A stretch of DNA of 64,000 nt from positions 9,548,001-9,612,000 of the forward strand of contig CM059432.1 of NCBI GenBank assembly GCA_030390025.1, in the 5' to 3' direction. The notes beneath the pieces were generated by a model. That model was not told the DNA's origin. It saw only the letters and a list, made by a program, of their open reading frames with translations, and did not search any database. The position numbers and the translations under genes are program-made. This stretch comes from Squalus acanthias. Lineage: Eukaryota. Positions 49,506-62,805 of the stretch are shown here, piece after piece; position 1 is the first letter of the stretch; every line of letters begins with the position of its first letter.

Positions 49506-49699
49506 TCTACTTAAATGTAAGTTTTCCTTTTTATATATATACAAGTTGTTGCCCTTCAATACCTCACCCAAGTGCCTATTCTTCATTGATGAGAAGGGAC
49601 AGTGTCCGTCAACAGGCTAATCGCCCAGAGTGTGGGTAGGATATGGGTGACTTCACAGATAGAAGTCTCATCCTTTCCTCAAATCATGGGGAACCCAGT

Positions 49700-52603
49700 T
49701 GACACCCGACCCGATTTGCACCCGGCCCGATTAACAACCGGCCCGATTAACACCCTGCCCGATTTACACCCAGCCAGATTTGCACCCGGCCCGATTAACA
49801 ACCGGCCCGATTAACACCCTGCCCGATTTACACCCAGCCAGATTTACACCCGGCCCGATTAACACCCTGCCCGATTTACACCCGGCCCGATTTGCACCCG
49901 GCCCGATTAACAACCGGCCCGATTAACACCTGGCCCGATTTACACTCCGCCCGATTTACACCCGGCCTGATTAACACCCGGCCCGATTTACACCCGGCCC
50001 GATTTACACTCCGCCCGATTTACACCCGGCCTGATTAACAACCGGCCCGATTAACACCCAGCCCAATTTACACCTGCCCGATTTACACCCGGCCCGATTT
50101 ACACCCGCTCGATTAACACCTGGCCGATTTACACCCTGCCCGATTTACACCCTGCCCGATTTACACCCGCCCGATGAACACCCAGCCCGATTTACACCCG
50201 GCCCGATTTACACCCGGCCCGATTTACACCCGCCCGATTTACACCCGGCCTGATTAACACCCGGCCCGATTTACACCCGGCCCGATTTACACTCCGCCCG
50301 ATTTACACCCGGCCCGATTAACAACCGGCCCGATTAACACCCAGCCCGATTTACACCTGCCCGATTTACACCCGGCGCGATTTACACCCGCTCGATTAAC
50401 ACCTGGCCGATTTACACCCTGCCCGATTTACACCCGGCCCGATGAACACCCAGCCCGATTTACACCCGGCCCGATTTACACCCGGCCCGATTTACACCCG
50501 GCCTGATTTACACCCGCCCGATTTACACCCGGCCTGATTAACACCCGGCCCGATTTACACCCGGCCCGATTTACACTCCGCCCGATTTACACCCGGCCCG
50601 ATTAACAACCGGCCCGATTAACACCCAGCCCGATTTACACCTGCCCGATTTACACCCAGCCCGATTTACACCCGCTCGATTAACACCTGGCCGATTTACA
50701 CCCTGCCCGATTTACACCCGCCCGATGAACACCCAGCCCGAATTACACCCGGCCAGATTTACAGCCGGCCCAATTTACACCCGTCCCGATTTACACCCGC
50801 CCGATTTACACCCAGCCCGATGTACACCCGGACCGATTTACACCCGGCCCGATTTGCACCGGGCCCGATTTGCACCTGGCCCGATTTACACCCGGCCCGA
50901 TTTACACCCCGATAGATTTACACCCAGCCCAATTTACACCCGGCCCGATTTACACCCCGATAGATTTACACCCAGCCCGATTTACACCCGGCCCGATTTA
51001 CACCCCGATAGATTTACACCCGGCCCAATTTGCACCCGGCCCGATTTACACCCCGATAGATTTACACCCGCCTGATTTACACCCGGCCTGACTTACACTC
51101 GGCCCGATTTACACCCCGATAGATTTACACCCGGCCCGATTTACACCCCGATAGATTTACACCCAGCCCAATTTACACCCGGCCCGATTTACACCTGGGC
51201 CGATTAACAACCGGCCCGATTTACACCCAGACCGATTAACAACCGGCCCGATTTACACCCGGCCCAATTAACAACCGGCCCGATTTACACCCGGCCCGAT
51301 TTACACTCGGCCCGATTTACACCCGGCCAGATTTACACCCGGCCCGATTTACACCCACCCGATTTACACCCGGCCCGATTTACACCCGGCCTGATTTACA
51401 CCCGCCCAATTTACACCCGCCCCGATTTACACCCGGCCCGATTTACACCCGGCCCGATTTACACCCGGCCCGATTTACACCCGGACCGATTTACTCCCGG
51501 CCCGATTAACAACTGGCCCGATTTACTCCCGGCCCGATTTACACCCGCCCAATTTACATCCGGCCCGATTTACACCCGGCCCGATTAACAACTGGCCCGA
51601 TTTACACCCGGCCTGATTTACACCCGCCCGATTTACATCCGGCCCGATTTACACCCGGCCCGATTTACACCCGCCCGATTTAGACCCAGCCCGATTTACA
51701 CCCACCCGATTTACACCCGGCCCGATTTACACCCAGCCCGATTAACACCCGGCCCGATTTACACCGAGCCCGATTTACACCCACCCGATTTACACCCGTC
51801 CAATTTACACCCGGCCCGATTAACAACCGGCCCGATTTACACCCACCCGATTTAGACCCGGCCCGAATAACAACCGGCCTGATTTACACCCGGCCCGATT
51901 TACACCCGGCCCGATTTACACCCGCCCCGATTTACACCCGCCCCGATTTACACCCAGCCCGATATACACCTGGCCCGATTTACACCCGCCCCGATTTACA
52001 CCCGGCCCAATTTACACCAGCCCGATTAACACCCGGCTCGATTTACACCCGGCCCGATTTACACCCGGCCCGATTTACACCCGCCCCGATTTACACCCGG
52101 CCCGATTTACACCCGGCCCGATTTAGACCCGGCCCGATTTAGACCCGGCCCGATTTACACCCACCCCGATTTACACCCGCACCGATTTACACCCAGCCCG
52201 ATATACACCTGGCCCGATTTACACCTGCCCCGATTTACACCCGGCCCGATTTACACCAGGCCCGATTTAGACCCGGCCCGATTTAGACCCGGCCCGATTT
52301 ACACCCACCCCGATTTACACCCGCACCGATTTACACCCAGCCCGATATACACCTGGCCCGATTTACACCTGCCCCGATTTACACCCGGCCCAATTTACAC
52401 CAGCCCAATTAACACCCGGCTCGATTTACACCCGGCCCGATTTACACCCGGCCCGATTTGCACCCGCCCCGATTTACACCCGGCCCGATTTACACCCGGC
52501 CCGATTTACACCCCACCAGATTTACACCCGGCCCGATTTACACCCGGCCCGATTTACACCCAGCCCGATTTACATGCGGCCCGATTTACACCCAGCCCGA
52601 TTT
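49700..52603. repeat. Minisatellite, 16-bp unit GATTTACACCCGGCCC, about 180 units
   Basis: Directly visible; 15-bp variants and higher-order blocks. Confidence 0.98.
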
Positions 52604-52774
52604 TCCTCTTCACCAAAGTCAATGGAAAATAAAGCTGGGCAGGCTGTAAAACATGCAGCCAAACTGCTGTCGCCCATTTCCCATGCAGTGACAACTGTTA
52701 AAATCACCTCCGAAGATTGGGAATCTGGCAGATTTTGCCCTCTCTAGCCCAGAGACACTAGAGCCAAATAAAAC

Positions 52775-53456
52775 TTCTTCTTCTTCTTCTTAGGCAGTCC
52801 CTCGGAACCGAGGATGACTTGCTTCCACATTAAAAATGAGTTCGCAGGTGACTGATGAGTCCAATGCGGGACCTACAGTCTCTGTCACAGGTGGGGCAGA
52901 CGGTGGTTGAAGGGGCAGGTGGGTGGGGTGCTTGGGTTGACGTGCGCTCCTTGCGCTGCCTGCGCTTACCTTCCACTTGCTCCCGGCGAAGAGACTCGAG
53001 GTATTCGGTGCCTTCCCGGATGCTTCTCCTCCACTTTGTGTGGTCTTGGGCCAGGGATTCCCAGGTGTCGGTGGAGATGTTGCACTTTTTCAAGGAGGCT
53101 TTGAGGGTGTCCTTGAAGCGTTTCCTCTACCCACCTTGGGCTCTCTTGCCGTGCCGGAGCTCCGAATAGAGTGCTTGTTTTGGGAGTCTCGTATCGGGCA
53201 TGCGGACAATGTGACCCGCCCATCAGAGCTGATCGAGCGTGGTCAAAGCTTCGATGCTGGGGATGTTGGCCTGAGCAGGAACACTGACGTTGGTGCGCCT
53301 ATCCTGCCAATGGAATTGCAGGATCTTGCGGAGGCAGCGTTGGTGGTACCTCTCCAGTGCTTTGAGGTGCCTGCTGTACATGGTCCATGTCTCTGAGGCA
53401 TACAGCAGGGCAGGTATCACTGCTGCTCTGTAGACCATGAGCTTAGTGCCGGGTTT
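52775..53456 (-). mobile_element. RTE-clade LINE, 5'-truncated
   Basis: LLYASETW..HQRCLRKIL..WQDR, C-terminal CPTC..HLRTH, (GAA)n tail, 14-bp TSD gagccaaataaaac (52761-52774, 53457-53470). Confidence 0.92.
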
Positions 53457-54194
53457 GAGCCAAATAAAACACCTCAACGCCAACCACTCGAGATTAGCAA
53501 AGTCCGCACAAAGAACTGATTAATCCTGGCCGGGGTGGGGGGCGATTTCTGCCGAATACTTTAGGGGCTAAAGAGTTAAAAAGGTGGCCAATATGGGGTC
53601 TTAAGCTGAAATGTTGGTTTAGCCTGCATTTAGCACAAGACGCCATCTTGGTAAAGGAGTTGAAGCCAATGCTAGGAACGGCTCGTTAAACAGCTGATTG
53701 CCACTTAAATTGCCTGCTCAGGCTCATTAACAAGACTGCACAGTATTTTGGTGGCTGGCGCTTCAACTACCGTCCTCTCCTAACAGTGACCAACTGTTTG
53801 AGAGTAAACACAGCGTTGATGTCGAGTTCAAGCGCTACTTAAAGGAATACTCACCATTTAAGGGGATACTCACCATTTCATGGTCATTGCTGCTGAAGCT
53901 GTGAAGAGGACCTCTGAGACACATCGGGAGGCTTTCTGGGACACTTTGTCAAGACTTCACCAACACTCGAGCAACATTTATTCTGGAAATTCTCTGAGGA
54001 CTTTAGCTAAAAGGAGTGAGTGCTGTGCTTATTGGAAAACCTTATAGGCGTCACCAGGAGAAAGGGAGTGCTTGGTCATAGGAACCTGCTGGGGATTCCC
54101 CTTGGTCTGGAGAAGGAATGGGAGGAGGACACGAGGCCAGGCAGAGCAGCACCAGCTGCTGCAGGAGAGAGGAACAGAGGAGGGTGAGGTGGCG

Positions 54195-54306
54195 TCCTTC
54201 CCCCCTGCGGGTACAGGACATCCCTCCTCCTCTGGACCTCCTCCACCAGGACCTCCAGTGCTGCATCTGAGAACCTGTGCGCCCTCTCCCTCAGTCCCTG
54301 AGCCAT
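54195..54306 (-). pseudogene. N-terminal Myb/SANT-like (Harbinger-type) fragment
   Basis: MAQGLRERAHRFSDAALEVLVEEVQRRRDVLYP; aligns by eye with 35249-35461. Confidence 0.6.
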
Positions 54307-55429
54307 CCTGCAACGTGTCGCTGTGTGCCAGCCAGCCCACTCCACACCTTCAGTAGAAGTGGGTGCGAAGAGCCCACATACACAGCTCCACGAAAATCAC
54401 GTCTAATCAGCACTTGAGTGCGAAACCTCCAGGTGTCTGTTTCGCACCTCCAGGCAAATTCAAATTATGGGTAATCAGCAATTAGGACCAAGATTGTGCG
54501 CTAAATCCAGACTTACAAACAGGCCAGTCTTATTATCTCTGCACCCATTTTGCGCCTGTTTTCATCCTTTGGCCAAAATAATCACCCTCCACGTAAAGAA
54601 TTTTGTTTCAAACTCCTCTTTAGTTCTTTTGTGATTATCTTAATGTTGTGCTCTCTGGTTACCGTCTCACCGATCTATCACTGTTTCCTGTACTTCACTG
54701 TAACCTCTATCAAATCATCACTGAACCTTCGCAACCAGAGTGAAAAAAGCCAGTTATACTGGAACTCCATTTGTAATGGGACAAATAACATTTTTCTGTC
54801 TGTATAATATAATAGAACACCCTGTCTAGCTGCCTCGGCCCTAATCTCCTCCTTTAAGATGCTCCTTAAAACCTACCTCTTTGACCAAACTTTTGGTCAT
54901 CTGTCCTAAAATCTCTCTATGTGGTTCGCTGTCAAATGTTGTACGATAATCGCTTCTGTGAAGCGCCTTGGGACGTTTTACTGCACTAAAGGTGCTATAT
55001 AAATGCCAGTTGTTGTTGTTACTGCCGGCCTACCTAATAACTATCCTTCTATGGCCTCGCTCCTCCTTATCTCTGTAACCTCCTCCAGCCCTGCAACCAA
55101 TGCTCTCAGTAATTTTTTTATTGGCCTCGTGGCCCCTTTAATGGGCTGCGCGGCCCATTCAAAATTCTGCGTGTGCGTGGTTTTTCCACTTAAAAGCTGG
55201 CTGCACGGGACCTCCAGAGCATCGTGCGGCTGCGTGGCCGAATGGCTGCAGAGTTTAAAGGGAACATTGCCTACAACCCTCTGAGATCTCTGCACTCCTC
55301 CAAGTCTGGCCTCTTGCACAACCCTGGATTTTCATCGCTCCACCATTGGCGGCCGTGCCCTCAGCTGCCGAGGCCCTAAGCTCTGGAATTCCCTCCCTAA
55401 ACCTCTCTACCTCTCCATCTCCTTTAAGG

Positions 55430-55960
55430 CAAAAGTAAGGAGTGTGATGGAATACTCTCCACTTGCCTGGATGAGTGCAGCTCCAACAACACTCAAAAAG
55501 CTCGACACAATCCAGGACAAAGCAGCCCACTTGATCGGCACCCAATCCACCACCTTAAACATTCACTCCCTCCACCACCGGCGCACCGTGGCTGCAGTGT
55601 GTACCATCTACAAGATGCACTGCAGCAACTCGCCAAGGCTTCTTCGGCAGCACCTCCCAAACCCGCGACCTCTTCCACCTAGAAGGACAAGGGCAGCAGG
55701 CGCATGGGAACATCACCACCTCCAAGTTCCCCTCCAAGTCACACACCACCCTGACTTAGAAGTATATCGCCGACCCTTCATCGTCACTGGGTCAAAATCC
55801 TGGAACTCCCTCCCTAACAGCACTGCGGGAGTACCTTCACCACACGGACTGCAGCGGTTCAAGAAGGCGGCTCACCACCACCTTCTCAAGGGCAATTAGG
55901 GATGGGCAATAAATGCTGGCTTTGCCAGCGATGCCCACATCCCATAAACGAATAATAAAA
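55430..55960 (+). mobile_element. LINE 3' end (CR1/L2-superclade family) nested in L2 remnants (54830-56112)
   Basis: MEYSPLAW..KLDTIQDKA..HRRTVAA..WNSLP; same family at 34010-34355. Confidence 0.8.
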
Positions 55961-57044
55961 AATGACGCTTCTTAAAACCCACCTCTGTGATCCTGTCCTA
56001 ATATCTCCTTATGTGGCTCGGTGTCAAATTTTGGTCTGATCACGCGCCTGTGTGCAGTGCCTTGGGACTTTTTACTACATTAAAGGCGCTATATAAATAC
56101 AAGTTGTTGTTGTTTTTATCATGAAATTATGACTCACTTATAGTGAAAAACCGAGTTCAGTTGTTCAGTCCAGAAGGTGCAGTGAATGAACTTGACAAGT
56201 TTGACTGCAGGGAATTACTTCTTTTTGTCATTTGCAGCAGCAAACTTAGGGAGATTTCCTCTGGTCAGTTATCTTTAGAGAAATCCTAAACACGTTTAGA
56301 AACACCGTCCATTAGAAAATCTCTTTGGATTTGTTCACAATGCTGCTACCCATAGCGACAAGAGGAAATCATCGCCAATTGTACCTCTGGCCACAAAAGC
56401 GTCAAATTGTTTAAGTGTAAACTGGCCGAGTGCTTAAAATGCAACTCTCTTTAAGAGATTCCTTTCCATTTCAGTTACGGCAAAGAATCTCCAATTGATT
56501 ATCTTTTCAGTAATGAATGTGATGAGTTTCGAGGCAGTCTCACAGCCTGAAGAAGCCAAGGATGCATTGTGTGGATTAAAGAGATTTAGAAAGAATGTTG
56601 AGAATGCAGCGATTTTAGACAGAGCTAAACTTTACAATAACTGCACTTGATCCCACTGCTTTCTCTGTTGCATCAGACTGCCAGTCAGCAGTCCCTAAGA
56701 GTGACATAACTCCAATTATCTTAAACCTTTTGGCTACCTAAAACTAAAATATGTGCAGGTTATTTTTTGATATTTTTGAGGATTTAAAATAAAATGACAC
56801 TTCTGCTTGCTCCACTAAGTTTGCTTTATATTTAAGGCAGGAGCACAGACTGTGAATGGGATTCTGAAGACCTCGCTTCAGTGATTTGTTGGCACAGTGA
56901 GGATGGGTGGGGGTCAGGAAATGGGTTGGGGTTCTACTCCACTCCCGCTCCCCGCCAATTGGCACAGCCCACTCATTTTCACCAGAAATGACAGGCAACA
57001 GACAATACGTCTGGCCAAATATGGGCAGACATGCAGTCGGACAA

Positions 57045-57712
57045 TGCTCCCTGACCTACATTGGCTCCCGGTCCGGCAAGGCCTCACTTTTAAAATTCTC
57101 ATCCTTGTGTTCAAATCCCTCCATGGCCTCACCCCTCCCTACCTCTGTAACCTCCCCCAACCCTACAGCCCTCCGAGATCGCTGCGCTCCTCCATTTCTG
57201 GCCTCTTGCGCATCCTCAATTTCCTTCGCTCAACCATTGGCGGCCGCGCCTTCAGCCGCCTGGGCCCTGAGCTCTGGAATTCCCTCCATAAACCTCTCCG
57301 CCTCTCTACCTCTCTCTCCTCCTTTAAGATGCTCCTTAAAACCTACCTCTTTTGACCAAGCTTTCTTCACTCAGAGGGTGGTGAATCTTTGGAATTCTCT
57401 GCCCCAGAGGGCTGTGGATGCTGAGTCATTGAGTATATTCAAGGCTGAGATCGATAGATTTTTGGACTCCAGGGGAATCAAGGGATATGGGGATCGGGCG
57501 TGAAAGTGGAGTTGAGATCGATGATCTTATTGAATGGTGGAGCAGGCTCGAGGGGCAGAATGGCCGACTCCTGCTCTTACCTCTTATGTTCTATGTCACC
57601 TGCCCTAATGTCTCCTTATGTGGCTCGGTGTTAAATTTTGTTTGATAATCGCTCCTGTGAACGCCTTGGAACATTTTCACTACGTCAAAGGTGCTATAGA
57701 AATGCAGGTTGT
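57045..57712 (+). mobile_element. L2 3' end with nested CR1 3' end (57360-57595)
   Basis: LHWLPV..FKILILVFKSLHG; break at gaccaagcttt, resumes at gtcacctgccc. Confidence 0.8.
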
Positions 57713-58246
57713 TTTGGCAGTAATGATATTCAAATAACAGGACGGCGTTTCATTGGCCGTGGCACGGGAGAATGTAATAATTAACTATCAGAAACCCTAG
57801 GCAATTGATCATCCTGCGACTGATTTGACAAAGTGTTCTTTTTTTAATCTTCAGCTGGAAGCACAGAAGCCATTCGACACTCTATTCCATGGCAGGCCTC
57901 TGGATTCTGTCCCAACCAATCTCAGCCCCCCTTCCAAGCCTAGTAACTCATCCAGGTCAAGGGTCATGTTCCAATCTCTGTCCACATATATTCTACAACT
58001 TTATGTTAACGCTCACTGTAGTTCTATTATACCACGTGATAAATTTGTTTCTGTTCTTATTAGTGCTGGTCTTTAGTCTCAGTCTTTCCCAATCCCCCAC
58101 CACCCCTACATGCACCAAACAGCAGATTCTATAAAGAGCAGCTAAGTGACCTGTGCCCACGCCCGCCTCTGAGTCAGAAGGTTCTGGGTTCAAGTTCCAC
58201 TCCGGGGACTTTGAGCACAAAAAATCCAGGCTGACATTGAGGGAGT

Positions 58247-58456
58247 CTTCTTCTTAGGCAGTCCCTCGGAACCGAGGATGACTTGCTTCCACATTAAAAA
58301 TGAGTTCGCAGGTGACTGATGAGTCCGATACGGGACCTACAGTCTCTGTCACAGGTGGGGCAGACGGTGGTTGAAGGGGCGGGTGGGAGGGGTGCTTGGG
58401 TTGACGTGCGCTCCTTGCGCTTGGCTTCCACTTGCTCCCGGCGAAGAGACTCGAGG
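58247..58456 (-). mobile_element. Short RTE 3' end inserted in a SINE
   Basis: Near-identical to 52785-53000; 15-bp TSD tgacatt(g/c)agggagt with one mismatch. Confidence 0.88.
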
Positions 58457-59554
58457 TGACATTCAGGGAGTGCTGCACTGTCGGCGGTACTGTCTTTTTA
58501 TGAGACTTTAAACCGAGGCCCCGTTTGCTCTCTCAGGCGAGCGAAAAATGATCTCAAGGCACTATTTCGAAGAAGAGCAGGGGAGCTCTCCCCAGACTCA
58601 ATATTTATCCCTCAATCAACACCTCAAAACAGATTATCTGGTCATTATCACGTTGCTGTTTGTGGGACTTTGCTGGGCGCAAATTGGCTGCTGCGTTTCC
58701 TACATTACAACAGTGACTACAATTCCCAGTGGCTGTAAAGCGCTTTGGGCTATCCTGAGGTCGTGAAGGTGCTATATAAATGAAAGTCTTTCTTTCAGTA
58801 ACTAGCCACCAGGTGGAGTCTGCGAGCGGCCCACACTGCCTCGCCCAATGAGTACAATTGTTGCAGGTACTCGCTGTGACTATTAGAATATTGTTCACTT
58901 CAGTAGCATGTCCGATGATCTCTACAACACTCAAATTATGGACTGTACGTGGAGATTTCAGTGGAACAAACCAATTCAGCTATTCAGTGGACGGATAGCC
59001 GAGGGTTAAAGCTAAGGCTGTATCTACAGCCAGTACATTCATTTATCTGGCATGTACATGAATGTTTTGACACATATTTTGCACTCTCGTTTCACAGTCC
59101 GCAATGCCACATTCAAAATTCTTATAAACAGAATTTCTCTTCATAAATATTTTTCTTACTGCCGTCTTTACCCACCTGTGGGGGGGTTTCACCTTCACAG
59201 ACCAGAGTTGGGGGGGGGCGTGATCTGGTTAACCCGCCCGTTATAGAACCCGCCCGATTTCCATTTCAGTTGAATTCCATTTCCGTCGATCGCAACACCA
59301 ACAAAATCAGGCGGGTTCTATAAGGGGTGGGCAATCCACTCTGCCAGTTTATCGCCCGGAAAGATGAAGATGAAAATGAGCCCTGTCGTCTCCCACGCTG
59401 TTAGCGCCTTCAGTGTCTGACAGCAGCGACTGAAGAGCTGGCTTCACCAACCCCGCTGTTTAGCCCGGAGACTGCCCTGTGGCGAGTCACTGTCTAATTA
59501 TTCCTCAGGGCCATCTCACTGGTTGCATCTGTGGGGGGGGGGGGGGGGGGGGGC

Positions 59555-62500
59555 GGAGACCAGAACTAGGGGCCATAAATATAAGGTAGTCAGCAATAAA
59601 TCCAAAAGGGAATTTAAGAGAAACTTCTTTACCCAGAGAGTGGTGAGAATGTGGAACTCGCTACCACAGGGAGTAGTTGCGGCGAATAGTATAGAGGCGC
59701 TTAAGGGGAAGCTGGATAAGTACATGAGGGAGAAAGGAATAGAAGGATATGTTGATGGGGTGAGATGAAGTAGGGTGGGAGGAGGCTCATGTGGAGCATA
59801 AACACCAGCATGGACCTGTTGGGCTGAATGGGCTGTTTCTGTGCTGTACATTCTTTGTAATTCTACGTAAAATCTGCCTACTGCAACGCGGTTGAGATTA
59901 GAAACTCAACTTCTGAGGAACTATCAGTGCAACCCCAAACTGCGAAGTGCTGTGTCGCAAAATGTTCCTTCTGTTGATAACGCTCATTGATTTGAGTACT
60001 GGAGCGCATTTACCCATTGTTAACACGGCATTCTCAAGACGGCAGCAATAACCAGACAGAGAGTAAAGCTCTCTCTGTTCCGCCTAAATAACGCGACTTT
60101 TAAAAAAACATTTCCCACTCCGCCCGACTGTTAAATTATGGGCTGGTGAAAGGTCATCGGCCTTAAGCGTTTAATCCTATGTTTCTCTTGCTCTCTCTGC
60201 AGACACAAAAGGCATCATCTAGACACAAAAGGCATCAAAGGGTATGGGGAGAGAGCGGGAATATGGTATTGAGATAGAGGATCAGCCATGACCATATTGA
60301 ATGGCGGAGCAGGCTCGAAGGGCCGAATGGCCTACTCCTGCTCCTATTTTTCTATGTTTCTAAGTTGTCTGACCTGCTGAGCGTTGCCAGCATTTTCTGT
60401 TCTTTTTTTTCAGATTTCCAGCATCCGCAGGATTTTGCTTTTGTTAAATTACGGGCTGTTTCAGTGGAGCAGCAGTCGGCCCGTGAGATTACTCGTTCTT
60501 CTTTGGTGCATGCTTTCAGCCAGCAGAAGGGAACTCCGTCCCGTCGATCTGGGCTCGATTTGAACTCCGCTCCCAGGGGGGGTGAAATGACTGTGAGCTA
60601 ACTCTCGGAACCACCCAGTCCCATTCGGAATAAAATGCTAATGAAACAATGGATAATAGAAGTCTTAACGACCAGAATTTAATAGGACAGACATGCACTG
60701 GAGGGGTCAGTCGTGGGAAGGTTAAAGCTGTGTCTACGTTCGGAAATGAGGAGCAGTTGCAGGGATCTAAATTAAATGACTGGCTAACGCAATACCAAGA
60801 ACCCGATCCCTGAAATAATGAATGCCCCAGTAGATTTTGCAGGGGACTTCGTATTTTAATCAGCGCTCATTCTGGCAGCAGAAGCACAATGAAATGTTCG
60901 ACAGGAGCAAAATATTGGGGGTGCAATTTAATTGGGGGGTGTGGGCGCAAAACGGGCAGTAGCAGATCGGGTGCTCGTTATACCCACCCCCCCCAACCCC
61001 CCCCACCCCCGCCGCCCGATTAACCGTCTTGCACCCCCCGCTAAAGTTGAATTTCACCCCACTGTCTCCTTAAAGATTTCGAGTCCTGTAATTTGAAATA
61101 TTTGAGGAACAAAATGTTGCTATATAATTCGAGTGTCACCACTACATTTACTTCGTGACTCACCGCGCTTTCATTTAAAGTTAACCACCGTAGATCAAGG
61201 GTGCGGCAGGTGCTGAATAGTTCACGTGATGACGGGACGCCGAGAGACATCGGGAGCGATATTGGAATATCCTGCCTGAAAGGGGCGGTGGGAGCAGATT
61301 CAGTAGTAACTTTCAAAAGTTGATTGGATAAATACTTGAAGGGGAAAAATTTGCAGGGCTATGGGGAAAGGGCAGGGGGTGTGGGACTAATTGGATAGCT
61401 CTTTCAAAGAGCCGGCACAGGCACGACGGGCCGAATGGCCTCCTTCTGTGCTGTATGAATTTATTGTAATTTATTTCATAGAATGATTTGGCACAGAAAC
61501 AGGAGATGAGGAGAAATGTCTTTCCGCAGCGAGTTGCTGTGATCTGGAATGCGTTGCATGAAAGGGCGGTGGAAGCAGATTCAATAGGAACTTTCAAAAG
61601 GGGAATTGGATAAAGACTTGAAGGGGAAAAAATGTCAAGGGTAAGGGGAGTGGGACTAATTGGAGAGCTCTTTCAAAGAGGCACGATGGGCCGAATGGCC
61701 TCCTTCTGTGCTGTCTGATTCTATGATTCTAAATGGGTCTCGGGTGGTAGCGGATATTACACCAAGTCAATGCAAAAGAAAATGGGGCGTGGTGTAAAAC
61801 GGGCAGGCAATTCGCTATCGCCCAATATGTGTTACCGGCAGAGACCAATTTCAGCCCCATTCTACCAGCGTATCAGGTGCCGTTTATTGCCTCAGCTATG
61901 TTGGAAAAGGTCAGCTACATTCATTTAATTTAATAAAAAGTGAAAAGTCTTGAGAAAAGATCAAGTTTATTGCCGGTATACATAATGCATGTGAATTTTT
62001 TTTTCACAGGGCTGTGGGGAAAGAGAGGGGCTAATTGGATCGCTCTCGCAAAGAGCCGGCACAGGCACGATGGGCCGAATGGCCTCCTCCTGTGCTGTGT
62101 CATTCTGTGAAAGGGAGAAAAGAATCGAAGTGGCTGTGGCAAAACCCTCGAGTGTGCTGATGAATGGAGCCATGACATGGAGTCACTGTGACAGGAACAG
62201 CTTCCGAGCCAAGAAATCACACGCAAAGCAAGCCTCAGTCTATCTGCTGAATCTAATCATCCAGTGCAGCCCGAAAAAGCACTGTTGGCGATTACTGGAA
62301 TTCCGTGACGTTCCTGCATTTTAATACGGGCGTTCGCCCATTTAAATGGAGCACTAACACATATGTTAAAATAGTGGACAGAGGAATATCACACCCACAA
62401 CAACGACAACTTACATTTAATAAGAATATAAGAATTAGGAGCAGGAGTCGGCCATACGGCCCCTCGAGCCTGCTCCGCCATTCAATAAGATCCTGGCAGA

Positions 62501-62805
62501 TCATCCACCTCAACTCCACTTTCCCGCCCGATCGCCATATCCCTCGATTCCCCTAGAGTCCAAAAATCTATCTTTCTCAGTCTTGAATATACTCAACGAC
62601 TCAGCATTCACAGGCCTCTGAGGTAGAGAATTCCAAAGATTCACAACCCTCTGAGTGAAGAAATTCCTCCTCATCTCAGTCTTAAATGGCCGACCCCTTA
62701 TCCTGAGACTGTGACCCCTAGTTCTAGACTCTCCAGCCAGGGGAAACAACCTCTCAGCATCTACCCTGCAAATCCCCCTCAGGATCATGTTTCAACGAGA
62801 TCACC
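59555..62805. mobile_element. Scattered short CR1 3' ends (59555-59860, 60200-60360, 61273-61730, 62005-62105, 62420-62805)
   Basis: FFTQRVV termini and CR1 3' UTR hairpins. Confidence 0.75.

Noticed and set aside
49700..52603. CRISPR-like array, or Pro-rich ORFs (PDLHPARFTPGPIYTR)n
   Set aside because: No unique spacers, vertebrate context, and the ORFs are just translations of the 16-mer.
60201..60237. Direct repeat agacacaaaaggcatc
   Set aside because: 5'-junction stutter of a truncated CR1; no further structure.
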